Shown here: one piece after another, positions 1 through 9,130 of the stretch
Layout: each line of letters begins with the position of its first letter
Numbering within the stretch: position 1 is the stretch's first letter
Assembly (NCBI GenBank): GCA_964590575.1
Contig: CAZPWM010000065.1
Coordinates: forward strand, 1 to 17,545
Source of the DNA: an uncultured archaeon
GTDB lineage: Archaea > Asgardarchaeota > Thorarchaeia > Thorarchaeales > Thorarchaeaceae
DNA: 17,545 bases
Direction: 5' to 3'
The notes under the pieces: generated by a model
Databases searched by the model: none
What the model was told of the DNA's origin: nothing
What the model saw: the letters and a program-made list of their open reading frames with translations, nothing else
Translations under genes and position numbers: made by a program

Positions 1-68
1 ATCTTGAAAGAGAAAGTCAGAAGACGTATGATAACAATAACACCATCTTTTGAATTTAGCTCGGGCAG

Positions 69-1019
69 CTATGCAACTCTGGTCCAGACTCCATTGCCCA
101 GCTCTTTGACGAGCCCAGCTTCTTGTAATCCCTCAAGCGTGACATGTATTGTTGTTGTGAGCAGGGCTTCATAGCTCTGAGGGATGGGTACACTTCGTGT
201 CTGTCGAATGTCAAAGACGAACTGTTCAATGTCAGCATCGCCTCGAGCGTTTAGTAGTGTGAGTAAGGTGTCTTGTAGGTGTACCACTCCATCTTTCACT
301 GCTTCGAACTGAAGACGAGCATCTCCAAAGATATGGGGGGTATCATGAGAGGGAAATAAATGGTCAGCTCCAAGTTTAGATAGAGCCTCCAAAGCTGCTA
401 ATTTTGCCACAATACTCCCAGTCTTGTCAACGTAGAATTTTCGAGGATCGTTAGGAAAATTATTCACCTCATCCCCTGAGAACAATGCTTTGCGTTTGAC
501 ATCATAGAAAGCACAATGTCCAGCTGAGTGTCCTCCTGTGTGAATTACTGTGAGTGTCGTATCTCCAACTGAGATGTTTTGTCCATGAGTGATTAACTCA
601 TCAGCCTCAATTCCGCGATAGTTGACTCGAAGAGGGCCCTTATCGAACTTCATGGAAAATCGCTCAGCTTTATCCATAATGAGACGCTTATTCAGAAATG
701 CCGCAGGTGTATGAAGAAGCTCTGCATCACCTTCGTGAATCATTACTGGTGCGTTAGTTGCCTTTTTCAGCCGTCCAGCGCCTGCTGAATGATCAGGATG
801 TCCATGTGTACAAACAATTCCGACAAGGTCAGTCTTGGGGTCGAAACCAAGATTCTTGATTGTTTTCTCAAGCCGGTTTCCTGGATCTCCTGCGGTTCCC
901 GGATCAATCACAAGAACCTCATCCTCGTCAGTAATCAGGTAGCTGGCAATGAAACCAAACTCACCTGCAAACTTTCCTCGCACAACATGTATTCCAGGGA
1001 TAATCTCAGCTGATGCCAT
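69..1019 (-). CDS. MBL-fold metallo-hydrolase (glyoxalase II/LACTB2-like) with probable C-terminal winged helix
   Basis: Metal motif THGHPDH plus GHSAGH, FSGD and PSHD ligands. The C-terminus LEGLQEAGLVKELGNGVW looks wHTH-like. Confidence 0.9.
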   Translation of the reverse strand: MASAEIIPGIHVVRGKFAGEFGFIASYLITDEDEVLVIDPGTAGDPGNRLEKTIKNLGFDPKTDLVGIVCTHGHPDHSAGAGRLKKATNAPVMIHEGDAELLHTPAAFLNKRLIMDKAERFSMKFDKGPLRVNYRGIEADELITHGQNISVGDTTLTVIHTGGHSAGHCAFYDVKRKALFSGDEVNNFPNDPRKFYVDKTGSIVAKLAALEALSKLGADHLFPSHDTPHIFGDARLQFEAVKDGVVHLQDTLLTLLNARGDADIEQFVFDIRQTRSVPIPQSYEALLTTTIHVTLEGLQEAGLVKELGNGVWTRVA

Positions 1020-1132
1020 GGGTCTAGCTGCAAATATTCCTCCAACACTTATGATGATATCGTCTATGTGTGAAACCCGACAACAAACACTAAATCGAGC
1101 TAATCAGCATGGAGTTTTACCGAGGTCAGTCG

Positions 1133-1612
1133 ATGAAAGGAGCCTACATACTCGTCATCAAGGTCAAACAACCGACCAGTATTCAAATCAAATCGTTGGG
1201 AGAGGTTTCGTTTAAGTCGGGTTTATGGGTTTATGTTGGATCAGCTAGAGGGAAGGGTTCAACGAGTCTTGAGAACCGATTACGTAGACATTTTCGGAAA
1301 GAGAAAACAATCTATTGGCATATCGACTATTTACTTGCCACAGGCACTGAGATTGTTGAGGCTATTTGGACAGAGAGCATAGAACCCATAGAATGTGACT
1401 TAGCACAATCTATTGCAATGCATGATAAATTCAAGCCAGGTCCAAGAGCATTCGGATCTTCCGACTGCAGAAAAGGGTGTTTTACGCACACTTATTCCTA
1501 CGAGGGCAAAGAACAGATACGCAACCCTCTTATCCAAGTTTTTTGCAAATTAGGCCACCAGCCTTATGTGACCCTAAATGGTGAATTGCTGACCAAATCT
1601 CCTAAGCAGTAA
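1133..1612 (+). CDS. DUF123 / GIY-YIG nuclease family protein
   Basis: KGAYIL...GLWVYVGSA...RLRRH...WHIDYL...EC...FGSSDCxxGCxTH pattern. Start moved from 1109 to ATG 1133, which follows a GAGGT RBS at 1122-1126. Confidence 0.88.
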   Translation: MKGAYILVIKVKQPTSIQIKSLGEVSFKSGLWVYVGSARGKGSTSLENRLRRHFRKEKTIYWHIDYLLATGTEIVEAIWTESIEPIECDLAQSIAMHDKFKPGPRAFGSSDCRKGCFTHTYSYEGKEQIRNPLIQVFCKLGHQPYVTLNGELLTKSPKQ

Positions 1613-1662
1613 GTATTAAATGGCCACACCATTCATCTTTCGCAATCCGGAGGAAATCTAGA

Positions 1663-1896
1663 GTGCCAGATTGGAAGAGCATCTTTCAAGATTTGAAAAA
1701 CACTGGACAATCATTCACAGTGTACTTACGATATCAACAAAAAGACACACTTGCGAAGATTCCAAATGTAAGGGTCCAAGACGTTTACGATGACCACGTA
1801 AAATTGGAAAATCCAAGTGGTTATGGAGTTCTAGGATTTGAAGACATTCTCTACGTATCGATACCAAGACAGTCAATGACGGAATCAATGCAGTAA
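1663..1896 (+). CDS. Small 77-aa hypothetical protein, possible Sm-like/SH3-type beta-barrel
   Basis: GGAGG RBS at 1649-1653 before GTG and TATA-like TATTAAAT at about 1614-1621. N-terminal helix followed by about 5 short beta strands ending in 'FEDILYV'. Fold call is inference. Confidence 0.75.
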   Translation: MPDWKSIFQDLKNTGQSFTVYLRYQQKDTLAKIPNVRVQDVYDDHVKLENPSGYGVLGFEDILYVSIPRQSMTESMQ

Positions 1897-1988
1897 AGGA
1901 TCGGTATTAGCCCCTACGGCTAAGGTTTAATTGGCTATCGCGGTTTTCTTACGTATTCAGACCAGATGATTAGTTGGTGTGATTTGCA

Positions 1989-2948
1989 GTGTCATCGTTA
2001 GTATACATTCCAATTGAAAACGAGCGTGTCCTTAGTCAGCATCAAGAATACATCCTGACTAATTACAGGTGGATTCAATTTTGTAGAGCATCACGAGCTT
2101 GTGGTAGCATCCCGCTACACATTATAAAAGAGTACAAGTTGACTGCCAATTCAGCTATGTGCAAAGTCGTAAATGGAATAGTCAACCTTGTAGGAGCAAT
2201 GCCGAGGAGAGAAGAGTTACGAGCTGCTCTTGGACTTCGTGAATTCGATGATCTTAGGGCGGGAGGACAGAGAAAAATCTGTGAAGTCAGTGGTGTTCCT
2301 TTTGTACATCCAGAACATCCATACAATCGATGGATCTCAATCGGGTATCACAGACCATTTTCAAGACATTTCTATCAGACCTTTGCATGGTTGAAAGGAG
2401 AAGAAGTCTTCACGTATCACCCAGGAAGTTTCATCCTGACCAATTATCGTCTATATCAGTATGATGTTGGCGGCAAGAAGATGTTCATCTTTCCACTCCA
2501 TATGGTTGAAACTTTCGAAGCAAGAAAGAACGAACTCAAGATTAAAGGGACCTCTGGAAAATTCAAAATCAAGGGTAGAGTTCCTCGACAAGACCACCTT
2601 GTTAGTGTATGGCAGATTCGTGCGTGGAGTTCGATTTCAAAAGAGCATCTTGACTGGTTAGTACGGCCATTCAGCTACATCGCACCTCATCATCCGTTAT
2701 CACAATATATGGTCAGTGACGCTGCTACAGTGACACCAAGACCTGTGGCACAGGAAACAACACAAGAGATGCAGACATCTGCAGGAAATGGCGGTGCGGG
2801 CACAATATTTGTCAAACCAGTCATCAAAGACAGATGCACACATTGCTCTGCTCCAATGTCTTGGGAGCAAATAGATTGGGTGGGACCGGATCAGTACGCG
2901 TGCCCATCATGTGGTGCTACTCACAGGGTTGATTACATTAGAATGTAA
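1989..2948 (+). CDS. Protein with two tandem PH/GRAM-like domains and a C-terminal CxxC-CxxC zinc ribbon
   Basis: Internal repeat ILTNYR..Q...PLH...G..PR...L at aa ~10-81 and ~135-208, then a low-complexity linker, then CTHC...CPSC. Confidence 0.8.
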   Translation: MSSLVYIPIENERVLSQHQEYILTNYRWIQFCRASRACGSIPLHIIKEYKLTANSAMCKVVNGIVNLVGAMPRREELRAALGLREFDDLRAGGQRKICEVSGVPFVHPEHPYNRWISIGYHRPFSRHFYQTFAWLKGEEVFTYHPGSFILTNYRLYQYDVGGKKMFIFPLHMVETFEARKNELKIKGTSGKFKIKGRVPRQDHLVSVWQIRAWSSISKEHLDWLVRPFSYIAPHHPLSQYMVSDAATVTPRPVAQETTQEMQTSAGNGGAGTIFVKPVIKDRCTHCSAPMSWEQIDWVGPDQYACPSCGATHRVDYIRM

Positions 2949-2954
2949 GCCTCG

Positions 2955-4847
2955 TTAGGAGTGGGCTTTGGTCCACTCCAATGAGAGTCTCTTAATTGTT
3001 TTTTCAGTTGGTAGCCCTGTTTCTAAGTCCCATCCTCGGAGTTTGTAGTAATCATCAAGCATTGGGTCAAGATTCACGGTCTGACCCTTGCCTGGACCCT
3101 CAGGCATTGGCTCTTTGGTGAATCGGTCAGGAAGATTATCATCCTTACGGGTGATTCCCTCTCGATTATTGAAGAGACGCTTTAGTGTGACTTGGCGTTC
3201 CGCAATCTCTACCAAATTCTCAACCTTGCCCAAGTACTTCTCTCCTGTTGCAAGTGGCAACATTTCCGCAAAGTCTTCCATCCAGAATATTGGAGGCCAA
3301 GATACTGAATACCAACAAACAATCAGCGTATCACGGATACAGTAAGAATTCTCGCTCTCAAAGACAGCGTTAGCCTTATGCTTCTCGGTATAGGGATCAA
3401 TGATTTCAGGAAGTTTGTCAGCGCCCCAACGTTTTGCAGCTACATCTTCATAGCCAAGCTGGTCTACCACAACCAAGCTTCTAAGATGGTCAGCACCTCT
3501 TGCAGCTGTTGCGTGCCCTAGTCCGATGCTTCGATGAGTGCGACCATCCTGGCCAGAAACTTCCATTCCTTTGACATGAATTGCATACTTCTCGGAGCTT
3601 TTTCCAATCGAGTCAGAAGCTCTTTTGCTTCCCTCAGCAAGTAGGTCTCCAAAACCCTCACGTTCTGCAATCATCTCTAATAGACGAATTGTTTGTTCTG
3701 GATTTCCCCATTCAAGGTTGAGACCCTTTGTATCCTTCTCGGTAATGAGACCATGCTCAAAAGCCTCGATAGCGAAACCAATGGTTGCTCCTGCGGAGAT
3801 TATATCCATCCCATAACGGTTGCAAATCTGATTCGCCTTCAATGTAGTAGCATAGTCATCAATACCAAGCAAACTTCCAAATGCCATTAGGCCCTCATAT
3901 TCAGGACCTTCCTCAAGCGTACCAGCAAATGGTCCAGTTTGGACATAGTTGACCTTCTTACATCCAAGACTGCATCCAAAACAAGCCCTGTCTGAGATTG
4001 TGAATCTCGGTCGTATATAGTCACCAGTCAGTTTCTCATATCCAGGAAAAACACCAGTACGATGGTTGTAGGTGGGCAATTCGCCAATTTCCTGTTTGAC
4101 TGCTGTCAGGATCCATGTCCCCCACTTACCCATCTCTTTAGCTTGTGGATTCTCACGGACGCGTGAATGTGCATTCTTTGCAAGCTCAAGGAATCCATCA
4201 TGGTCATGGACATCCACTCCGCCATGACCTCGAATCGCAATTGCCTTCACATTCTTAGAACCTAGAACAGCACCCATTCCTGTACGTCCAGCAGCTCGTG
4301 CATGGTTCACCAACACGGCAGCATACCGAACTAAGCGTTCACCAGCAGGACCAATAGCAGCTACCTGGATATCAGGGTCGTGATGTGCTTTTTTGATATT
4401 GATGGTTGTCTGATCAGTGGTCGTTCCCCATAACTCAGATGCATCACGAAGTTCGAGATGAGAATCTTCAATGTTGATATAGACAGGGCAATCTGATTTC
4501 CCTTCTACGACTAGCATGTCGTATCCAGCGTACTTTAACTCGGGACCTAGGAACCCTCCAACGTGACTCTCACCCCAGATTCCAGTCAGGGGGGCTTTCG
4601 AAATGAATACAGTCCGTCCGCTCATCGGCCACATAGTCCCTGTGATTGGGCCTGTAGCCACAATCAGTTTGTTATCTTCCCCCAGGGGGTCAGTACCGGT
4701 TGGTACTTCCTCATAGAGAAGCTTGACGCCAAAACCATCACCGCCAATATAGTCCTTCACCCACTCCTTTGGAAGAGGGTCTACATGGAATTCGTTAGCA
4801 CTTAGGTCAACTCGTAGGATTTTTCCCTTATAGCCACCAGCAGTCAC
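2955..4847 (-). CDS. aor: Tungsten-containing aldehyde:ferredoxin oxidoreductase family protein
   Basis: GKILRVDLS, KAPLTG, IGPAGE, AAGRTGMGAVLGSKNVKAI, CFGCSLGC, EGPEYE, GMDIISAG, RGADH, YYKLRGWD. GTG start lies 1 nt after the ferredoxin stop. Confidence 0.95.
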   Translation of the reverse strand: MTAGGYKGKILRVDLSANEFHVDPLPKEWVKDYIGGDGFGVKLLYEEVPTGTDPLGEDNKLIVATGPITGTMWPMSGRTVFISKAPLTGIWGESHVGGFLGPELKYAGYDMLVVEGKSDCPVYINIEDSHLELRDASELWGTTTDQTTINIKKAHHDPDIQVAAIGPAGERLVRYAAVLVNHARAAGRTGMGAVLGSKNVKAIAIRGHGGVDVHDHDGFLELAKNAHSRVRENPQAKEMGKWGTWILTAVKQEIGELPTYNHRTGVFPGYEKLTGDYIRPRFTISDRACFGCSLGCKKVNYVQTGPFAGTLEEGPEYEGLMAFGSLLGIDDYATTLKANQICNRYGMDIISAGATIGFAIEAFEHGLITEKDTKGLNLEWGNPEQTIRLLEMIAEREGFGDLLAEGSKRASDSIGKSSEKYAIHVKGMEVSGQDGRTHRSIGLGHATAARGADHLRSLVVVDQLGYEDVAAKRWGADKLPEIIDPYTEKHKANAVFESENSYCIRDTLIVCWYSVSWPPIFWMEDFAEMLPLATGEKYLGKVENLVEIAERQVTLKRLFNNREGITRKDDNLPDRFTKEPMPEGPGKGQTVNLDPMLDDYYKLRGWDLETGLPTEKTIKRLSLEWTKAHS

Positions 4848-4848
4848 T

Positions 4849-5349
4849 TCATTCAGCTCCGCTGGACTCCTGAGCAGTCCTCTCTATCTCTCTTAGATAA
4901 CTCGAAATCTTGCTATGTCGGTCAATTGAGGGAGCAATAGAAACATCGGTGTATGTTATTGCTCCGGTTGGACAAACCTTTGCACACTCAGGATCACCAC
5001 CGCAGTGATCACACTTTATTATCCTCATTCTAAGGGTGTCTAGTAGAATAACTCCGTTCACGCAAGCTCCAACACAGGACTTACAGAGTATGCACTTACT
5101 CTCATCGAGAAAGGTCATCTTTGAAACCGGGTCTCGGCGGATTGCATATACCGGGCATATATCAACACAGGGTGCTGTTTCACATGGACCACAGACATTG
5201 GGTAAGTCTATTCCAAGATCATCGTAACGGACTATCTTTAACCTAGCAAGACTTGGTTGGAACCGACCCTCGTTTTTTGCGGTGCATGCAAGTTCACATA
5301 TTCGGCAACCTGTGCATTTTGTGAAATCAACGACCAAATGTGATGGCAG
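4849..5349 (-). CDS. 4x[4Fe-4S] ferredoxin-like electron-transfer subunit (DmsB/HydN-like), AOR partner
   Basis: CTGCRICELAC, CGPCETAPCVDICP, CILCKSCVGAC, CDHCGGDPECAKVCP. Start is uncertain: GAGGTGG RBS at 5361-5355 points to CTG 5349 (or TTG 5337) rather than TTG 5382. Confidence 0.9.
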   Translation of the reverse strand: MPSHLVVDFTKCTGCRICELACTAKNEGRFQPSLARLKIVRYDDLGIDLPNVCGPCETAPCVDICPVYAIRRDPVSKMTFLDESKCILCKSCVGACVNGVILLDTLRMRIIKCDHCGGDPECAKVCPTGAITYTDVSIAPSIDRHSKISSYLREIERTAQESSGAE

Positions 5350-5458
5350 GAAAACCACCTCGACACTATGGCATTCTTGCAATTCTACACTAAAATGCTT
5401 CGGACCATCTATACGTTTTATTAGGTATCAAGTTCTACGAAGGAACGGGTTGAATACC

Positions 5459-5839
5459 ATGTCAGAGGAAGAAATAGTCGAAGCTGACAAAGGCAAAAAG
5501 AAGGGGAAAAAAGCTGATTACTGCGAGGTCGAATTCGAAATTGGCAATATCGAGTTTGAAGCAAAGGGTCGGAGTGTTGTCGTTGAACGCATGTTTAGAA
5601 TGCTTCTAGAGAAAATCGAAGAAGGGAAACTTGTAGCTGAGTTCAGATTACAAGATTCTGATGAGAATGATGAAGAGGAGGATGAAGAATTCCCTGAGGA
5701 GGAAATCTTCTATGAACCTGAGGTTCCAGAACCTCCAGAAGAAGAACCATCCTTAGACTCACCGCCAGAGTGGGACAGTCTAGAAACTAAAGAACCAGAA
5801 GTTTCAGATGCTGAACGCGAAGAATTAGGAATCGAGTAA
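5459..5839 (+). CDS. Hypothetical protein with a small beta-beta-alpha domain and a long acidic/Pro-rich tail
   Basis: The ORF track start at 5282 overlaps the ferredoxin gene, so ATG 5459 (MSEEEIVEADKGKKKGKK) is more plausible. Composition is strongly protein-like. Confidence 0.75.
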   Translation: MSEEEIVEADKGKKKGKKADYCEVEFEIGNIEFEAKGRSVVVERMFRMLLEKIEEGKLVAEFRLQDSDENDEEEDEEFPEEEIFYEPEVPEPPEEEPSLDSPPEWDSLETKEPEVSDAEREELGIE

Positions 5840-5852
5840 TTGTTGTGTAGAG

Positions 5853-6950
5853 TCATTCCACAGGAACTACCCAGTCATGAGGGTCATCTCGCTCTCCTGA
5901 CTGGATTCCAATCAGGTCATCAAATAGACGTTGAGTTAGTTCCCCAGTTTTCCCATTTGCAATTTTATGAGGTTGGTTCTTGTACCATAGTGACCCAACT
6001 GGAGCAATTATAGCTGCAGTCCCACAGCCAAACATTTCTTTAACTTTTCCAGATTGAATCCCTTCAATCACCTCATCGATTGATATCGGCCTCTCGTTTA
6101 TGGTGTGACCATAATCATTGCAAAGAGTAAGAACTGAATCTCGTGTGATTCCTGGAAGAATCGAACCTGAGAGCGGTGGCGTAGCAACTTCATCATCAAA
6201 TCGTATCGCTATGTTCATTGTTCCAACTTCTTCGAGCCATCTATTCTCAAGTGCATCTAACCAAAGAACTTGAGAGTAACCCACTTTTGTGGCATCTGTC
6301 CCTGCAAGTAAACTAGCAGCGTAATTACCGCTTGCTTTTACTGCGCCAGTTCCACCCCTAACTGCTCGGACATATTTGTCACTGACATATATCTTGACAG
6401 GAGCGAAACCTTCCTTAAAATAAGGTCCAACTGGACTGAGTATAACATAGTAGAGATACTCCTGTGAGGGCCGAACACCAAGTTTAGGCTCAGTTGCTAT
6501 CATTGTAGGACGGATGTAAAGAGAACTACCTGGCACCTGAGGTACCCATTCAGCGTCAATTTTTATCAGTTCTATCAACGACTGTAAGGCGAAATCGACA
6601 TCTATGGTAGGCATTACCATTCGTTCTGCAGAAACATTGAATCGTCTGAAGTTCATTTCAGGTCTGAATAAAAGGACTTTATCACCTCTTCTGTATGCTT
6701 TCATTCCTTCGAAAATTCCTTGACCGTAATGCAGACATAGGGCTGCCGGAGAGAGCGAAAGTGATCCATATGGACGAATCCGGATGTCAGTCCAATTGCC
6801 ACCTTTATGGCGCATAGAGAACATATGATCAGAAAAAACTGTGCCAAAAGACACCTGTAGAACGTCAATTGGTTTTTCCTTTCTTTCATCCTTGGGAACT
6901 AAATCGATTTCGATATTCATTCTCAAGCACATCATCTCAGAGAAATACAC
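5853..6950 (-). CDS. ilvE: Branched-chain amino acid aminotransferase (PLP fold type IV)
   Basis: FGTVFSDHM, LHYGQGIFEGMKAY, LYIRP, catalytic K in VKASGNY, EEVGTMN, ILPGITR, GTAAII. Alternative start ATG 6920. Confidence 0.95.
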   Translation of the reverse strand: MYFSEMMCLRMNIEIDLVPKDERKEKPIDVLQVSFGTVFSDHMFSMRHKGGNWTDIRIRPYGSLSLSPAALCLHYGQGIFEGMKAYRRGDKVLLFRPEMNFRRFNVSAERMVMPTIDVDFALQSLIELIKIDAEWVPQVPGSSLYIRPTMIATEPKLGVRPSQEYLYYVILSPVGPYFKEGFAPVKIYVSDKYVRAVRGGTGAVKASGNYAASLLAGTDATKVGYSQVLWLDALENRWLEEVGTMNIAIRFDDEVATPPLSGSILPGITRDSVLTLCNDYGHTINERPISIDEVIEGIQSGKVKEMFGCGTAAIIAPVGSLWYKNQPHKIANGKTGELTQRLFDDLIGIQSGERDDPHDWVVPVE

Positions 6951-7087
6951 TATTACCTCTTAAGCGGATAGGTTCTCAAAGATTTCAAAACGCGATGTAG
7001 AAATATCATCTTAGAAAACACCATAAGTCAGATAAAATACCTTAAGTCAGCTAACATTTGATGAATATACAACAGGAGATACAAGGA

Positions 7088-7693
7088 ATGAGCCATCATG
7101 AAGGAGTTCCATCAGAAGATGAATACTATTTAGACCCGAAAGAGGTCTTGGCTCAATATAGCGTGGAGTGGGTATCTCTCCGGAAGTCCTATGATGAGAT
7201 AAAGAAGCAACTCCAAGAAGTTCAAGATGAACTCACTCAAATAGACCGAAAATTAGAGAATGGTAAAATCACAGACCAAGAACATATCACTCTTTATCGA
7301 GAGAAGTGGGCTGAATCTACCCAAATTGTTCAAGTAAAACGAGAGGTGGAGAGTCGACTTTATGAGATTCAGAAAGAGATTCGTGCTGCTAATAGGCAAT
7401 TGAAGCAAGCGGAACAAGAACGTCACAGAAGAGAGAGAATGGAACAAGAACGATCAGTGGCGATGATTGAATGGATGTCCCTCAAACAAGGTTTTGACTT
7501 AGTTATTGATAGAAGAAAAGAAATCAATGCAGAATCTGATAAACTAGAGATTCAACGGCGAAATGGCAGTATTTCTGATGAAAAATACAGGGAAAATCGA
7601 ATCGGTCATATCCGACAATTAGCAGAGCTTAGTACGGTAGAATCAGATGTAAAGCGTAGACTAGCAGAGCTGTTAGAAATTATTAGAAAGTAA
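7088..7693 (+). CDS. Coiled-coil protein made of two ~73-aa repeats, each with an NG.I[ST]D helix-turn (CdvA-like/SHOCT-like)
   Basis: Repeat EW.SL...D...E...E...NG.I.D...V...V..RL.E...IR. The GGAG RBS near 7074 favours ATG 7088 over 7058/7061. Confidence 0.8.
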   Translation: MSHHEGVPSEDEYYLDPKEVLAQYSVEWVSLRKSYDEIKKQLQEVQDELTQIDRKLENGKITDQEHITLYREKWAESTQIVQVKREVESRLYEIQKEIRAANRQLKQAEQERHRRERMEQERSVAMIEWMSLKQGFDLVIDRRKEINAESDKLEIQRRNGSISDEKYRENRIGHIRQLAELSTVESDVKRRLAELLEIIRK

Positions 7694-7694
7694 A

Positions 7695-7750
7695 CTCTTT
7701 TTTGAGGCTCGAAAAAAGGAGAGGTGCAGAACCCGAAGCAGGGTCCTGCA
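7695..7750. terminator. Bidirectional terminator region between the coiled-coil gene and gdhA
   Basis: Minus-strand hairpin UGCAGGACCC-UGCUUC-GGGUUCUGCA (7750-7725, 10 bp with one G-U) followed by CCUCUCCUUUUUU. On the plus strand a T6 tract (7698-7703) follows the 7693 stop. Confidence 0.75.
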
Positions 7751-7759
7751 AATGTCAAT

Positions 7760-9130
7760 CTATACACGATGACCTTGTTCAATCATGGCATTGGCGACTT
7801 TTAGGAAACCTGCGATATTTGCGCCCACGACATAGTTGCCTTTCTTTCCAAACATCTCAGATGTCTTGTAGGCATTAGCATGAATGTTCTGCATGATTTG
7901 GTGTAGCTTTGCGTCAACCTCTTCACGAGTCCAGAAGAAGCGTTGACTGTTCTGAGCCATCTCAAGTCCAGAAACTGAGACTCCACCAGCATTGGCTGCT
8001 TTTCCAGGTGCAAAGAGAACGTTGTTCTCTAAGAAAATCTCAACGCCCTCTGGAACAGTGGGCATATTAGCGCCTTCACCGACAGCTATTACTCCATTGT
8101 CAACAAGCATCTTTGCTTCCTTTGCATCAACCTCGTTTTGGGTTGCGGCCGGGATTGCGATGTCGCACTTGAGACTCCATGGAGTCCCTTTAGCAGTTTC
8201 AGTGTAATCCACCTTGAAGTGTTCAGCGTATTCTTTGATACGACCTCTACGATTATTCTTCAAGTCCATAACCCATGCCAGTTTTTCCTCATCGATGCCA
8301 TCGGGATCGTGAATCCAACCACTTGAGTCACTAAGAGCGATGACCTTAGTACCAAGTTGGATGCATTTCTCAGTAGCATACTGAGCAACGTTGCCAGAGC
8401 CAGAAACAACAGCGGTCTTGCCCTTCATGTCTTCACCACGAGTTTTGAGCATCTCCTTAACGAAGTAGACACAACCATATCCGGTTGCTTCTGGACGAAT
8501 CAGCGAACCACCCCAACCAGCGCCCTTACCAGTAAGGACACCAGTTCCATGATTGTTTGTGATCTTCCTATATGCACCGTAGAGATATCCAATCTCACGG
8601 CCACCAACACCAATGTCTCCCGCGGGTACGTCTATAAACTGACCAATGTGCCGATACAGTTCAAACATAAGACTCTCGCAAAAGCTCTCCACCTCTGCAT
8701 CTGTCTTACCCTTTGGATCAAAATCAGAGCCGCCCTTGCCACCACCCATTGGGAGAGTTGTCAGGCTGTTCTTGAAAACCTGCTCAAAGCCAAGGAACTT
8801 CAGCATACCTTGTGTAACTGTAGGATGAAAACGGAGACCACCTTTGTACGGTCCAAGGGCTGAGTTGAATTGAACTCTGAATCCGCGGTTGACCTGAATC
8901 TTACCATCTCTATCTTTCCATGGAATACGGAACTGAATTATTCGCTCAGGCTCTGTTATCCTTTCAAGGATAGAATTTTCCTGATACTTGGAATACTTCT
9001 GGATTGCAGGTTCCAAACTCTCCAGAACTTCCAACGCTGCTTGATGAAAGACCGGCTGATCCGGGTCTTTCTCAATGAGGCGATTGTAAACACTTTCTAT
9101 ATACTTGTGCAATTGGTACACACTCACCAC
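7760..9130 (-). CDS. gdhA: Glutamate dehydrogenase (NADP-type GdhA family)
   Basis: GPYKGGLRFH, MGGGKGGSDF, DVPAGDIG, RPEATGYG, SGSGNVA, EGANMP, KAANAGGV. The start may be 9127 or TTG 9112. Confidence 0.96.
   Translation of the reverse strand: MVSVYQLHKYIESVYNRLIEKDPDQPVFHQAALEVLESLEPAIQKYSKYQENSILERITEPERIIQFRIPWKDRDGKIQVNRGFRVQFNSALGPYKGGLRFHPTVTQGMLKFLGFEQVFKNSLTTLPMGGGKGGSDFDPKGKTDAEVESFCESLMFELYRHIGQFIDVPAGDIGVGGREIGYLYGAYRKITNNHGTGVLTGKGAGWGGSLIRPEATGYGCVYFVKEMLKTRGEDMKGKTAVVSGSGNVAQYATEKCIQLGTKVIALSDSSGWIHDPDGIDEEKLAWVMDLKNNRRGRIKEYAEHFKVDYTETAKGTPWSLKCDIAIPAATQNEVDAKEAKMLVDNGVIAVGEGANMPTVPEGVEIFLENNVLFAPGKAANAGGVSVSGLEMAQNSQRFFWTREEVDAKLHQIMQNIHANAYKTSEMFGKKGNYVVGANIAGFLKVANAMIEQGHRV

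Noticed and set aside
1-68. Possible 3' end of a plus-strand gene (frame ending TGA at 53)
   Set aside because: Too short to support a call.
1133-1612. GIY-YIG as a homing endonuclease or mobile element
   Set aside because: This is DUF123 type, a common archaeal chromosomal gene, with no flanking intron, terminal repeats or target duplication.
5282-5458. N-terminal extensions in the ORF track (5282, 11996, 12111, 16082, 1109)
   Set aside because: They overlap divergent genes or leaders. Downstream starts fit RBS positions and family N-termini better.
8357-8863. 168-aa plus-strand ORF and other ORFs antisense to gdhA
   Set aside because: Antisense shadow ORFs, a known artefact opposite GDH genes, with no independent signals.
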